A stretch of 64,000 nt of DNA, taken from NCBI GenBank assembly GCA_964234715.1, contig OZ174275.1. One strand, given 5' to 3'. Under the pieces are notes generated by a model. That model was not told where the DNA came from. It saw nothing but the letters and a program-made list of their open reading frames with translations, and did no database searches. The stretch comes from Podarcis melisellensis (Eukaryota). Shown here piece after piece: positions 39,501 through 53,600 of this stretch. The position numbers and the translations under genes are program-made. The stretch's first letter is position 1. Every line of letters starts with the position of its first letter.

Positions 39501-42500
39501 CCAAGCAATCCGAAGGTGACAGATACCTCCAGATCATCTGTGTCCCTTGCATGGAACAAGCCCATTTACGATGGTGGTGCACCTGTTAAAGGATACATTG
39601 TGGAATTTAAAGAAGCTACTGCTGATGAATGGACAACTTGCACACCTCCATCAGGGTTACAAGGAAAGCAATTCACAGTAGAAAAACTTAAAGAGAATAG
39701 TGAGTATAATTTCCGCATCTGTGCTATGAACTCTGAAGGAGTTGGAGAACCAGCAACTATACCTGGTAGTGTTGTTGCTGCTGAAAAAATTGAACCACCT
39801 GAAATTGAACTTGATGCAGATCTCAGAAAAGTTGTCACCGTACGTGCTAGTGGCACATTGCGATTGTTTGTCACTATCAAAGGGAGGCCAGAGCCAGAAG
39901 TAAAGTGGGAGAAAGCAGAAGGCACTCTGAGCGACAGAGCCCAGATTGAGGCTACCAGTTCATATACAATGTTGGTCATTGATAATGTAAACAGATTTGA
40001 CAGTGGTAGATATAACTTGACCTTAGAAAACAATAGTGGCAAAAAATCTGCTTTTGTTAACGTGAGAGTGCTTGATACACCAAGTGCACCTGTGAACTTG
40101 AACATCAGAGAAGTGAAGAAAGATTCAGTGACATTAGCTTGGGAGCCCCCACTTATTGATGGTGGTGCTAAAATTACAAATTACATCATTGAAAAACGAG
40201 AAACCACAAGAAAGGCATATGCCACTATTACAAATAACTGTGCCAAGAATGTCTTCAGAATTGATCAGCTACAGGAAGGATGTAGTTACTACTTCCGTGT
40301 CTTGGCGGCAAATGAATATGGAGTTGGTTTGCCAGCAGAAACAACTGAACCAGTTAAGGCTTCTGAACCACCCTATCCACCTGGAAAAGTTACCCTTGTT
40401 GATGTTACACGCCACACTGCTACTATTAAATGGGAGAAACCTGAAAGTGATGGTGGCAGTAAAATAACTGGCTATGTAGTAGAAATGCAAACTAAAGGAA
40501 GTGAAAAATGGAGCACCTGCACACAAGTTAAAACATTAGAAGCAACAGTATCAGGATTAAGTATGGGAGAAGAATACACTTTCCGAGTATGTGCTGTCAA
40601 CGAAAAAGGGAAGAGTGATCCAAGACAGCTTGGGGTTCCAGTAGTTGCGAAGGATATTGAAATCCAGCCTTCAGTTGAGCTCCTTTTCAATACTTTCAGT
40701 GTTAAAGCTGGTGAAGATCTTAAGATTGATGTGCCCATCAGAGGAAGGCCAGTTCCATCAGTTAGCTGGAAGAAGGATGGACTGCCTTTAAGAGAGACAA
40801 CAAGGGTAAATGTCCACACATCAAAGACATCAACCTCACTAACAATCAAGGAAGCATTGAAAGAAGATGTAGGGAGTTATGAATTAAATGTTTCAAACAG
40901 TGCTGGCTCTACAACAGCTTCCATTACTGTAATTGTACTGGACAAGCCAGGACCTCCAACAGCATTGCATATTGACAATGTCAGCAATGATAATGTAACC
41001 ATATCTTGGAAACCCCCAGAGTATGATGGTGGATGTCAAATTAATAATTATATTGTGGAGAAGAGAGAAACAACTACTACAACATGGAGTATAGTGTCTG
41101 CGGCAGTTGCACGAACTTCAATAAAAATAATTCGCTTAACCACAGGATCAGAATATCAATTCCGTGTTTCTGCAGAAAATCGCTATGGCAGGAGCACCTT
41201 CGTTGAAACTGCACCTGTTGTTGCAGAGTATCCATTTAGTCTTCCTGGACCACCTGGTACTCCCCGAGTAACACACGCAACTAAAGCCTTCATGGTTGTA
41301 ACCTGGCAAGAGCCAGTTAATGACGGAGGTAGCAGAGTACTTGGTTATCACCTTGAGCGTAAAGAAAGAAGCAGCATCCTTTGGACTAAAGTAAATAAAA
41401 CCCTTATAAGTGACACACAGATGAAGGTCACAGGCCTTGATGAAGGACTAATGTATGAATATCGTGTGTATGCAGAAAACATTGTAGGAATAGGTAAATG
41501 TAGCAAATCATGTGAGCCTGTTGCTGCAAGGGACCCATGTGATCCTCCTGGCCAACCAGAAGTGACTAACATTACAAGAACATGTGTCTCCCTCAAATGG
41601 ACCAAACCAGAATATGATGGTGGTGCTAAGATCACAGGCTATATTATAGAGCGGAAAGAGTTACCAGATGGTCGTTGGCTGAAGTGCAACTTCACCAATG
41701 TGCAAGAAACTTTCTTTGATGTAACAGGACTTACTGAAGACCAGCGATACGAATTCCATGTAATTGCAAGGAATGCTGCTGGACTATTTAGTGAGCCATC
41801 TGAATCAACTGGGCCAGTGACTGTAAAGGATGATGTTGAGGCTCCAAGAATTATGATGGATGTCAAATTCAGGGATGTTGTTGTTGTTAAAGCTGGAGAG
41901 ATCTTGAAAATCAATGCCGATATTGCAGGGCGACCCTTACCAGTAGTTTCATGGACAAAGGATGGCAAAGACATTGAAGAGAAAGCAAGAGTTGAAATTG
42001 TTTCAACTGATAGCACTACTGCAATAACTGTCAAAGACTGCATTCGACGTGATTCAGGGCAATATGTGCTAACATTACAAAATGTTGCTGGAGTTAGATC
42101 ATTAGCTGTCAATTGCAAAGTACTTGATAGACCTGGTCCACCAGCAGCCCCACTAGAAATCAAAGGACTTACTGCTGAAAAATGTCATCTGTCATGGGGA
42201 CCGCCTCAAGAAAATGGAGGTGCAGAGATTGACTATTATATTGTGGAAAAGCGTGAGACCAGTAGAATTGCATGGACTCTTTGTGAAGCCGAGCATCCAA
42301 CAACATCCTGCAAAGTGACAAAACTACTTAGAGGAAATGAATACATCTTCAGAGTGATGGGGGTTAACAAGTATGGTGTTGGTGAACCTTTGGAAAGTGA
42401 AGCTGTCAAGGCCCTTGATCCTTTTACTGTTCCAAGCCCACCTACGTCTTTAGAGATTACTAGTGTGACAAAGGAGTCCATGACTATTTGCTGGGCAAGA

Positions 42501-45500
42501 CCCGACAATGATGGAGGTAATGAAATTTCTGGATATGTGATTGAAAGGCGTGAGAAAAACAGCCTGAGGTGGATACGTGTGAACAAAAAGCCCGTTTATG
42601 ATCTAAGGGTAAAATCTTCAGGCCTTCGGCAAGGATGTGAATATGAATATCGGGTATTTGCAGAAAACGCTGCAGGTCTTAGTCTTCCTAGTGATACTTC
42701 ACCACTCATTAAAGCAGAAGATCCTGTTTTCCTTCCATCACCTCCATCTAGGCCTAAGATTGTGGACTCTACAAGGTCACATATAACAATTGGATGGACA
42801 AAGCCATTATTTGATGGTGGTGCTCCTGTTACTGGATACACAGTTGAATACAAGCTAACCAGTGAAACTGATTGGTCAACTGCTATTCAAAGCTTAAGAG
42901 GTACAGAATACACTGTAATTGGTCTGACATCAGGAGCTGAATATGTTTTCAGAGTAAAGTCTATCAACAAGGTTGGCACTAGTGATCCAAGTGATGTTTC
43001 AGAACCTCAGGTGGCAAAAGAAAGGGAAGAAGAGCCTGCATTTGATATTGACAATGAAATGAGAAAGACTTTAGTCGTGAAAGCTGGTGGCTCATTTACA
43101 ATGACTGTACCTTTCAGAGGAAAGCCTATCCCTAATGTAATGTGGAGCAAGCCAGATACTGACCTTCGTACTCGAGCAAGTATTGATACTTCAGATAACC
43201 GCACCTCAATTACTGTTGAAAAAGCAACAAGGAATGACTCTGGAAAGTATACACTAACATTGCAAAATATTGTAAGCACAGCTACTTTGACATTAGTTGT
43301 CAAAGTGCTTGACTCACCGGGACCTCCATCTAATATCGTTGTAAAAGATGTCACAAAAGAATCAGCCGTGTTATCTTGGGAAGCTCCTGAGAACGATGGA
43401 GGTGCTCCTGTGAAGAACTATTATATTGAAAAACGAGAAGCAAGCAAGAAAGCTTGGGTCACTGTAACCAACAATTGCCATCGTCTTTCCTACAAAGTTA
43501 CCAATCTGCAAGAAGGTGGAATTTATTACTTCAGAGTCTCTGGAGAAAATGAGTTTGGTGTTGGAGTCCCAACTGAAACAAAGGATGGAGTGAAAATAAC
43601 AGGTTTGTTCTTTAAAATATGTCCATTATATATGCATGTGAGTGCATGACTATCTACCCATGCATACACATGCACACTAATTTTTCACAGGACTTTAGTC
43701 TTAATATGTAATGCTTATATTACTGTTATTAATTTATTGTAAGGCAGTAATCAAAATTTTAGGTGTTTTGAAAACACCTAATAACTCTAATAATATTTTA
43801 ATATAGGCATGCAAGATAAAACTTCCCTATTTAGGGAAGTTTTAGAGAAGTTTTTAATGTTTAATGCTGTGTTGTGTTTTTAATATCCGATTGGGAGCCG
43901 CACAGAGTGGCTGCTAATAAATTAGTATTAGTATTAGTATTATTAAAATGTACTGCTTCCCTGTGGAAAAAATGTACTTGCTGAATACATTAAAATTAAG
44001 TGGAATGCATATGACACATTTGCTCTTGATTGATCTTCTATTTATTAATTTCTTGATCATCTTCTCTTTATTTTTCAGAAAAACCAAGTCCACCCGAAAA
44101 ACTGGGAGTATCAAACGTTACAAAAGATAGTGTATCTCTTGTGTGGCTGAAGCCAGAACATGATGGAGGAAGCAGAGTTGTTGGCTACCTTATTGAAGCC
44201 CTAGAGAAAGGGCAGCAGAAATGGGTCAGATGTGCTGTAGTCAAGACAACTCATCATATTGTCCAGGGTCTCAAGGAGAATGCGGAGTACTTCTTTAGAG
44301 TATTTGCTGAAAACCAAGCTGGTCTAAGTGACCCCAAAGAGCTTCTTCATGCCGTTACAGTTAAAGAACAACTAGGTATGTGGAAATGGTGCATTCTCTT
44401 TGGAATCACCTCGGTGACACTGATGGCAATTTGGCATCTGCTAAAAACTTTATTCTCCCAGTCCTTTGCTGCATGTTGATACCAGTTGATCATAATAACA
44501 TGTCTGTTTTGATCTAAAGTTGACTGGTATTTTACTTATTCTTTAAGTTTTGATGTAATTTTAATGTGTGTGTGTGTATACTGCCTTGTGATGTTTACAT
44601 GAAAGGTGGTAAAGAAATAGTTTTAATTAATAAATAATGAATAGTTAGCATAGAGCTCATACAAATTCATATGAAAATGCACTTGAAAACTGTTGTTTTT
44701 AACATTTTGCAAATGTATTTTTTCAGAATCTCCTGAAGTGGACATGAAAGGTTTCCCGAACCACACCGTTTATGTAAGAGCAGGTTCAAACCTAAAGGTA
44801 GAGATTCCAATTTCTGGAAGACCATTGCCAAAGGTGACTTTATCCAGGGACGGCATTCCTCTCAAACCAACGATGAGGTTTAACACTGAAACCACAGCTG
44901 AAAGTGTCATTGTTAATCTCAAAGAAAGTGTGGCTACTGATTCTGGTAGATATGACATCACAGCTTCCAACTCCAGTGGAACTACTAAATCTTTCCTTAA
45001 GATTGTTGTCCTAGACAGACCAGGCCCTCCAGTTGGTCCTGTTGTTGTAAGTGATATCACTGAACAAGGTCTTACCCTTAAGTGGGAGCCACCTCGTTAT
45101 GATGGCGGAAGTCAAGTTACCAACTACATCGTACTGAAAAGAGAAACAAGCACTGCTGTGTGGTCTGAAGTGTCTGCAACTATTGCTAGAAACATGATTA
45201 AGATCACGAAACTTACAACAGGAGAAGAATATCAATTCCGTATTAAAGCAGAAAATCGCTTTGGCATAAGTGACCATATTGACTCAGCATGTATAACTGT
45301 TAAGCTTCCTTACAGTAAGTGACTTTTTGTTTGCTCATTTTCTGAGTTTTTCAGGCATTTATTATGATTTATTTATATTTATTTATTTATTTATGATTTA
45401 TTAACCTGTACTTAATATTCATTTAGCACCCCCTGGACCACCTTCCACACCATGGATCACCAACGTGACTCGAGAAAGCATCGTTGTTGGATGGCATGAA

Positions 45501-48500
45501 CCTGTTTCCAATGGAGGCAGTGCAGTCATTGGCTACCATTTGGAAATGAAGGACAGGAACAGTATTTTATGGAAGAAAGCTAACAAAATGATTATACGCA
45601 CAACTCACTTCAAGGCCTCCAATATCACCGCCGGTCTCATTTATGAGTTCAGAGTGTATGCAGAAAATGCAGCTGGTATTGGAAAAGCAAGCCATCCATC
45701 TGATGCAGTTCTTGCTATAGATGCCTGTGGTATGTAGTCTGCAGTAAAGGATAAGAATCATATTTCAAATAATGAATTTAGTAGAAAATATTTATTTGGT
45801 GAGTCATTGTTGAATGAACACATTAATTCCAAATGTTGTTGCTGTTTCATACTGCAGAGCCGCCAAGAACCCTTCGTGTCAAAGATATTTCCAAAACATT
45901 TGTCAATCTTTCTTGGACACAGCCAGCTTTTGATGGTGGCAGCAAAATTACTGGATATATTGTTGAGAAACGTGATCTTCCAAATGGAAGGTGGACAAAA
46001 GCAAGCTTCACCAATGTCATTGAGACTAATTTCACTGTATCAGGATTGACTCAAAACTCCCAGTATGAATTCCGTGTTTTTGCTAAGAATGCTGCTGGTT
46101 CAATTAGCAATCCATCTGATGTTTTAGGCCCTATAACATGTGTGGATACATATGGTAAGAAATTAATAATGCATAAACACTGATATCCAGTTACATGTTT
46201 GAGTTTAAAGTAAATACTGTTAACAGAAATTCTAATTTGAATTTAGGGGCCTTAGCTGGGCAGCACAGTACTGTTTCAAGCTTGCCTTTCACTATCAGAG
46301 GATACTAGGAAATTATTATTTGGCACTGAATGCTGCTTGATTGTTATCAATCTTCCTGAGAATTTCAAAAATGTTAATATATTTTCTATTCCACTTCTTT
46401 TTCATTAAGGTGCACCTGAAATTGATGTACCCCCAGAATATACAGAAGTAGTCAAATACAAAGCAGACACAGCAATTAAACTGAAACTTGGCATCTCAGG
46501 AAAGCCTGTGCCTACAATTGAGTGGTTCCACAATGGTAAAGAAATACATACCAGTGCCCAGGTATCTATTGAAAACACCACAGAATCTTCAGCTATACTG
46601 ATCAAAGAAGCAACTCGTATTAACAGTGGAAGTTACGAACTGAAATTAAAGAATGCCATGGGTTCTGCATCTGCCACCATTAGGGTACAGATACTTGGTA
46701 TGTTTGGAGCATTTTCATATTGTTTTCTTCTGTCAATTCAACTAGCTGTATCCATTATTGCCTATTTAAAATATATAATTTTCTTACATATTAAACAGAT
46801 AAACCAGGACCACCAGGTGGACCTATACATTTCAAAACGGTCACCGCAGAAAAGATTACCCTCATGTGGCAGCCGCCAGCAGATGATGGAGGTGCTGCTG
46901 TAACACATTACATTGTTGAGAAACGTGAGACGAGTCGTGTGGTATGGTCTGTGGTTTCAGAAAAACTTGAAGAATGCATTGTCACTACCACAAAAGTCAT
47001 AAAAGGAAATGAATATATATTCCGTGTGCGAGGCGTAAACAAATTTGGTGTTGGTGAACCACTGGAATCTGACACTGTCATAGCTAAAAATGCATTTGGT
47101 AAGTTAAAGCAGATGGCCATTAATACCTTTTTTATTATCTCTAGGTGATTACCTATTAGTTTATATTGACCTAATGTTATTTTTGTTTCAATAAAAATGC
47201 AGTTACACCTGGACAACCTGGTATACCAGAGGCTTCCATGATAACTAAACAGTCAATGACCATAGTCTGGAGCAGGCCAACTGTAGATGGTGGTAGCGAG
47301 ATAAATGGATATTATCTTGAGAAACGGGATAAGAAAAGTCTAAGCTGGTTCAAGGTGTCTAAAGAAACCATTCGTGACACCAGGCAGAAAGTGACGGGAC
47401 TAACAGAAAACAGTGAATATCAGTTCAGAGTTTCTGCTGTGAATGCAGCTGGGCAAGGTCCCTTCTCTGATGCATCAGACTTCTACAAAGCTGAAGATCC
47501 TATAGGTAAGAAAGCTTTCATTTGATTGTGCAAAAATTCAAAGGTCAAATTTTACACATTCTTGAAACTGTACAAGGGCATATATTGCTCTAAGTTATTG
47601 CTATTAGTTGACGGGGTTGTCAAGTCTCATTTTTGTTACTTGCATTTTGCAGAAAAACCTGGGCCACCTCTTAAGCTAAAAGTTGTGGATACTACAAAGA
47701 CATCTGTCACACTTAGCTGGACTAAACCAGCCTATGATGGAGGAAGTGCAATTACCAGCTATGCTATTGAAAAGAGAGAAGGGGAAGAAGAAGAATGGAC
47801 TCTGGTCAGTGCAAGAGGAGAAGTGCGAACCACAGAGTATGTTGTTTCTCACCTTCAGCCAGGAATCAATTACTACTTCCGTGTAGCTGCTATAAATTAT
47901 GCTGGACAAGGTGAACCCATTGAAATGACAGAAGCTGTACAAGCTAAAGACATACTTGGTATGTAAATTCTATTATTATATTTAATATTCAGTATTTTCA
48001 TCTTTTCCCCAAATACGAATTATTTTTCTTTTAACTTAATTTTATTATTATTTTATTTTTTGCAGAGGAGGCACAGATTGATCTAGATGTTGCTCTCAGA
48101 ACCTCCATTGTGGCTAAAGCAGGTGAAGATGTACAGATAATGATTCCATTCAAAGGAAGACCACCTCCAACTGTCACATGGAGAAAGGGTGAAAAAAATC
48201 TAGGTGTTGATGAAAGATACAGCATTCAGAACACAGAATCATCCACACTCCTTAGTATTCCTCAAGTCACTCGCAATGACACAGGAAAATATGTCCTCAC
48301 AATTGAGAATGGAGTTGGAAAACCCAAAACCTCATTTGTGAACGTTAAAGTCCTTGACACTCCATCTGCATGCCAGAGACTGCATCTTAAACATGTTTCT
48401 CGTGGAACTGTGACATTGGTATGGGACCCACCACTCATCAATGGTGGTTCTGAAGTAACAAATTATGTCATTGACAAAAGAGATGCCACCAAGAGAGCAT

Positions 48501-50614
48501 GGTCCTCTGTTACAGCCAAGTGCTCTAATACATCATTTAAGATAACTGACTTGTCAGAGAAGATCCCATACTTCTTCCGTGTTCTTGCAGAAAACGAAAA
48601 TGGATTGGGTGAACCATGCGAAACTTCAGAACCAGTGAAAGCAGCAGAAGTCCCTGGACCTGTACGAGATCTGGCCATGAAAGATTCAACAAAGACGTCT
48701 GTCACTTTACAGTGGAGTAAACCTGAATTTGATGGCGGTAGTATCATAACAGATTACGTTATTGAGAAGAAACTGAAGGATGAACATGAATGGTCATATG
48801 CAGGGGCAAGTAAAGCATGCGAATTTGAAGTTGAAAAACTTAAGGAGCTTTCTGTTATGGAGTTCAGAGTTTCTGCAAAGAATGAAAAAGGAAGAAGTGA
48901 TTTTTCTGTAATTGGACCCATTACAGTGAAAGACTATGTAATAACACCTGAAGCTGACCTTTCTGATATACCTGGAGGACAAGTAACAGTGAGAATAGGT
49001 TATAATGTACATGTTGAAATACCATATAAGGGAAAGCCAAAGCCAACTATGAGCTGGCTGAAAGACAACATTCCTCTTAAAGAAAGTGAACAGGTTCGCT
49101 TCAAGAAAACTGAAAACAAAATAACTTTAAGCGTTAAGAATGTGAAAAAAGAAAATGGTGGCAAATATACCTTAATTCTTGATAATGGTGTTCACAGGAA
49201 GTCATTCCCAATCACAGTTATAACACTTGGCCCACCATCTAAGCCCAAGGGACCCATTAAACTAGACGAAATCAGAGCAGATAGTATGGTTCTTTCATGG
49301 GGTGTTCCTGAAGATGATGGTGGAGGAGAAATCACTGGCTACAGCGTTGAGAAGCGTGAAACCTCACAGACCAACTGGAAAATGATCTGTTCTAGTGTGT
49401 CAAGGACAACCTTCAAAGTTTCCAACCTTGTTAAAGATGCAGAATATCAGTTCAGAGTCCGCGCAGAAAACAGATACGGAGTGAGCCCACCACTAAACTC
49501 CATTGAGGTCATAGCAAAACACCAGTTCAAACCACCAGGTTCACCAGGGAAGCCTGTTGTTTACAATGTGACAGCTGATGGAATGACCATATCTTGGGAT
49601 GCTCCAGTCTATGACGGAGGAGCAGAAATTACTGGATACCATGTTGAAAAGAAAGAACGAAATAGTATATTGTGGCAGAAAGTCAATTTGTCACCAATAT
49701 CTAATAGAGAATACAGAATTACTGGATTAATGGATGGTTTGGACTACCAGTTCCGTGTATATGCAGAAAACTCTGCTGGATTAAGCTCTGCTAGTGACCC
49801 AAGCAAATTTGCCTTGGCCGTTTCCCCAGTAGGTAAGTGACTGATCACTGAATACAATGCACCTGTCTCAACATGCTGTTGGAATTTATGCTGATTTATA
49901 TTACTATTAATGCACCTGTGTTTCTTTCAGATCCACCTGGCACCCCTGATTACATTGATGTGACTAGGGAGACTATTACTCTGAAATGGACAGAACCTCT
50001 GCGTGATGGAGGCAGCAAGATTGTGGGCTACAGTATTGAGAAACGTCAAGGAAGTGGTGATCGCTGGGTCAGATGCAATTTTATTGATGTCAGTGAATGC
50101 CAGTATACAGCTACAGGACTTAGCCCCGGCGATCGGTATGAATTCAGAATACTTGCAAGAAACGCTGTTGGAACTATCAGCCCTCCTTCTCAGTCTTCAG
50201 GCTATATCATGACCAGAGATGAAGCTGGTAAGCCTTATTTATAAGCATGCTATGTGTAGACTGTCCTAAAATTTATTGGCCGCAGCACTTTATTTATAGC
50301 CAATGGCTGTATTACTGAATGACTTTGAATTTTGGTGACTATCTCACTATCTGCTAAGCAACTGATTAACACTGTCCATTCCTACTAACACTGTAAATCA
50401 GGAGTAGGCAACCTTTTCCATCCAAAGTACACAGTCCCTCGTGGATAATCTTCATGGGGACACATGCTTGGTGTGGAGGGCAGAGGCAAAAATGGACAGA
50501 GCAGTGGATGTGGCTCTTACTTTTGTTCAGTAGGCTACATTCCAGACATGCAAAAATAAGAGGCTTCTACTTTTCTCTCTCTCCCTCTCTTTTGTCTCTC
50601 AGAAGGAAAATGAC

Positions 50615-50645
<31 letters not shown>

Positions 50646-53600
50646 GTATCTTTGTATTAATGTAACATTTTCATATACAGCTGTGTATTTTTGTAATATT
50701 TTGTTTAAGTTGTCTGTTTTTGCTTCAGTTTTCTGTACAGCACTTTGAGCTATTTTTAATATAGTAAGTGATGTACGAATTAGTTAATCAATCAATCCTC
50801 GATGTAGCCAAGCAAGGGGTATTACCACACATTCCAGTCATGCAAAAGCACTTGAGCAGACTTCCTCATCCTCAGCCCTCCACATGTTTTGAGACTACAA
50901 TTCCCATCATCCCTGATCACTGATCCTGCTAGCTAGGGATCATGGGAGTTGTAGGCCAAAAATATCTGGAGGTCCGAGCTTGAGGAAGCCTGCACTTGAG
51001 GAATGTGTGAAGCTGCCTCAGAGAGGGTTATGACTTGAGGAGAGTGGAGATGACTGACTAGGGAGAATCTTGAGGGCTAACTGGAAACCTTGGGCTTCTT
51101 CATCCCTGCTGCAAAAGATCATAAACATGAACTGAGTGACTCAATTTAAAAAAAAAAAACCACAAACTGATATTATGTGGAAGACTGGCTTATAAATACT
51201 GATAGTTTTGTATTTAATATTAAGTGACACTCTGACATAAAATAACTAGTATAGCTCTTTATATTGTTTTGTGAGAAAATACATTGCTGACCATTAAGTG
51301 AACATTATTTTACTTCTTTTTATTCTTTAGTTGCGCCAAATATTGAGTTCGGTGCCGAACATTTCGAAGGTCTTACAGTGAAAGCTGGGGAAAGCATAAG
51401 GTTTAAAGTTTTCATCACAGGCCGGCCAGTTCCTCAGGTGATGTGGTATAAAGATGGACAAGAGATTGACAAGAGGCTGAATATGGAAATAAACAATGCA
51501 ATTGGCTATAGCACCTTGTTTGTTAGAGATGCTTCCCGGGAACATCGTGGAGTATACAGAATAGAAGCCAAGAATGCATCAGGCACCAGACAGGCAGACA
51601 TAACCATAAGAGTACACGGTAACTTTCCTTATATGAAATTTAGCAACTTTTATTTAGCATTCTGTTCATTCTATATTAAAATAAGAACAGATAAAAATAA
51701 CTGATAATTGACTGTTACAGATACCCCAGGAAAAGTCGGTGGGCCAATACGATTCACCAATGTTACTGAAGAGAAGGCGTCATTATGGTGGGAGGCTCCT
51801 GCTAATGATGGCTGTGCAGCCATTACTCATTACGTGATTGAAAAGCGTGAGACCAGCCGAGTATCCTGGGCATTGATTGAAGACCACTGTGAAACATGCA
51901 GCTACACAGCACACAAATTAATAAAGGGCAATGAATACCAGTTCCGTATCTCAGCAGCCAACAAGTTTGGTGTCGGCAGGCCACTGGAATCTGATCCAGT
52001 CGTAGCACAGGCACATTATAGTAAGTTTACATTAAATTGAGAAATCTTAAATTACAGTGTTGGCAACCTTGTTGAGGATGTTATCTGATTGGCTTCTTTT
52101 ATTTTACAGCTGTCCCCGAGGCTCCTGGCACTCCAGAACCAAGCAACGTAACAGGAAACAGCATTACACTTACATGGACAAGGCCAGCATCAGATGGTGG
52201 AAGTGACATTAACCAATATATCTTGGAGAGGAGAGAAAAGAAAAGTATTCTCTGGGTTAAAGTGTCCAGCAAGAGGCCCATTTCTGAGACACGGTTTAGA
52301 GTCACAGGCCTAACCGAAGGCAATGAATATGAGTTCCATGTCATGGCGGAAAATAATGCAGGAGTTGGGCCACCGAGTGGTGTCTCAAGGCTGATTAAAT
52401 GCAGAGAGGCAGTTCATCCACCAAGTGCGCCTACTGTTGTCAAAGTGACCGACACATCAAAGACAAGTGTCAGCTTGGAATGGACCAGGCCTGTTTTCGA
52501 TGGAGGCCTGGAAATAATTGGCTACATCATCGAAATGTGCAAAGCAGATTTAGGAGAATGGCATAAAGTCAACGCTGAGACTTGCATTGCTACCAAGTAC
52601 ACTGTGGTTGATCTAGAACCAAACGAAAACTACAAATTCCGAGTTAGTGCTGTAAATGGTGCAGGCAAAGGAGAAAGCTGTGAAGTTTCTGCTTCGGTGC
52701 AAACAATAGATAGACTCTCTTCACCAGAACTTGATATTGATGCTAGCTTCAAGCAGACACATATTGTCAGAGCAGGTGCAACTATCCGTCTGTTTATTGC
52801 CTTCAAGGGCAGACCTGTTCCTACTGCTGTATGGTCCAAAGCAGATTCGTCTCTTAGCCTGCGTGCTGACATACATACAACAGACTCATTCAGTACATTA
52901 ACTGTGGAGAACTGCAACAGAACAGATGCTGGCAAATACATATTGACTGTAGAAAACAACAGTGGTAAGAAATCTGTTGCTTTCACTGTTAAAGTACTAG
53001 ACACTCCAGGGCCACCAGGCCCTATTACATTTAAGGATGTGACCAGAGGCTCTATCACTTTAATGTGGGATGCTCCTATTTTGGATGGAGGTGCTCGCAT
53101 CCATCATTATGTCGTGGAGAAGCGAGAAGCAAGCCGTCGCAGCTGGCAGGTTGTCAATGAAAAATGTACTCGTCAAATTGCTAAGGTCACAGATCTTGCA
53201 GAAGGTGTGCCCTATTTTTACCGTGTTTCAGCAGAAAATGAATATGGAATAGGTGAACCTTGTGAATTAACAGAACCAGTGGTAGCCACAGAAGAGCCTG
53301 CTCCACCTAAGAGATTAGATATTGTTGATACTACCAAGTCATCTGCAATACTAGCTTGGCTGAAACCTGATCATGATGGTGGTAGTCGCATCACTGGATA
53401 CCTCCTAGAGATGAAACAAAAGGGATCTGACTATTGGCTTGAAGCTGGTCAAACTAAACAGCTGACTTTTACAGTTGAAGGTCTTATAGAGAACAATGAA
53501 TATGAGTTCCGTGTCAAAGCAAGGAATAATGCTGGCTACAGTCAACCAAGAGAAGCCTTTTCTTCTGTTATTATTAAAGAGCCACAGATTGAGCCAACTG

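Larger units (their letters stand above)
50399..51108. mobile_element. Non-autonomous hAT element hosting nested insertions
   Basis: Ends caggagtaggcaacc / ggcttcttcatccctg; degenerate 8-bp TSD ctgtaaat / ctgcaaaa. Confidence 0.6.

Noticed and set aside
26606-43354. Many 60-190 aa minus-strand ORFs with GGPG motifs
   Set aside because: They are antisense shadows of titin's codon usage, recurring with the domain pattern; no independent gene signal
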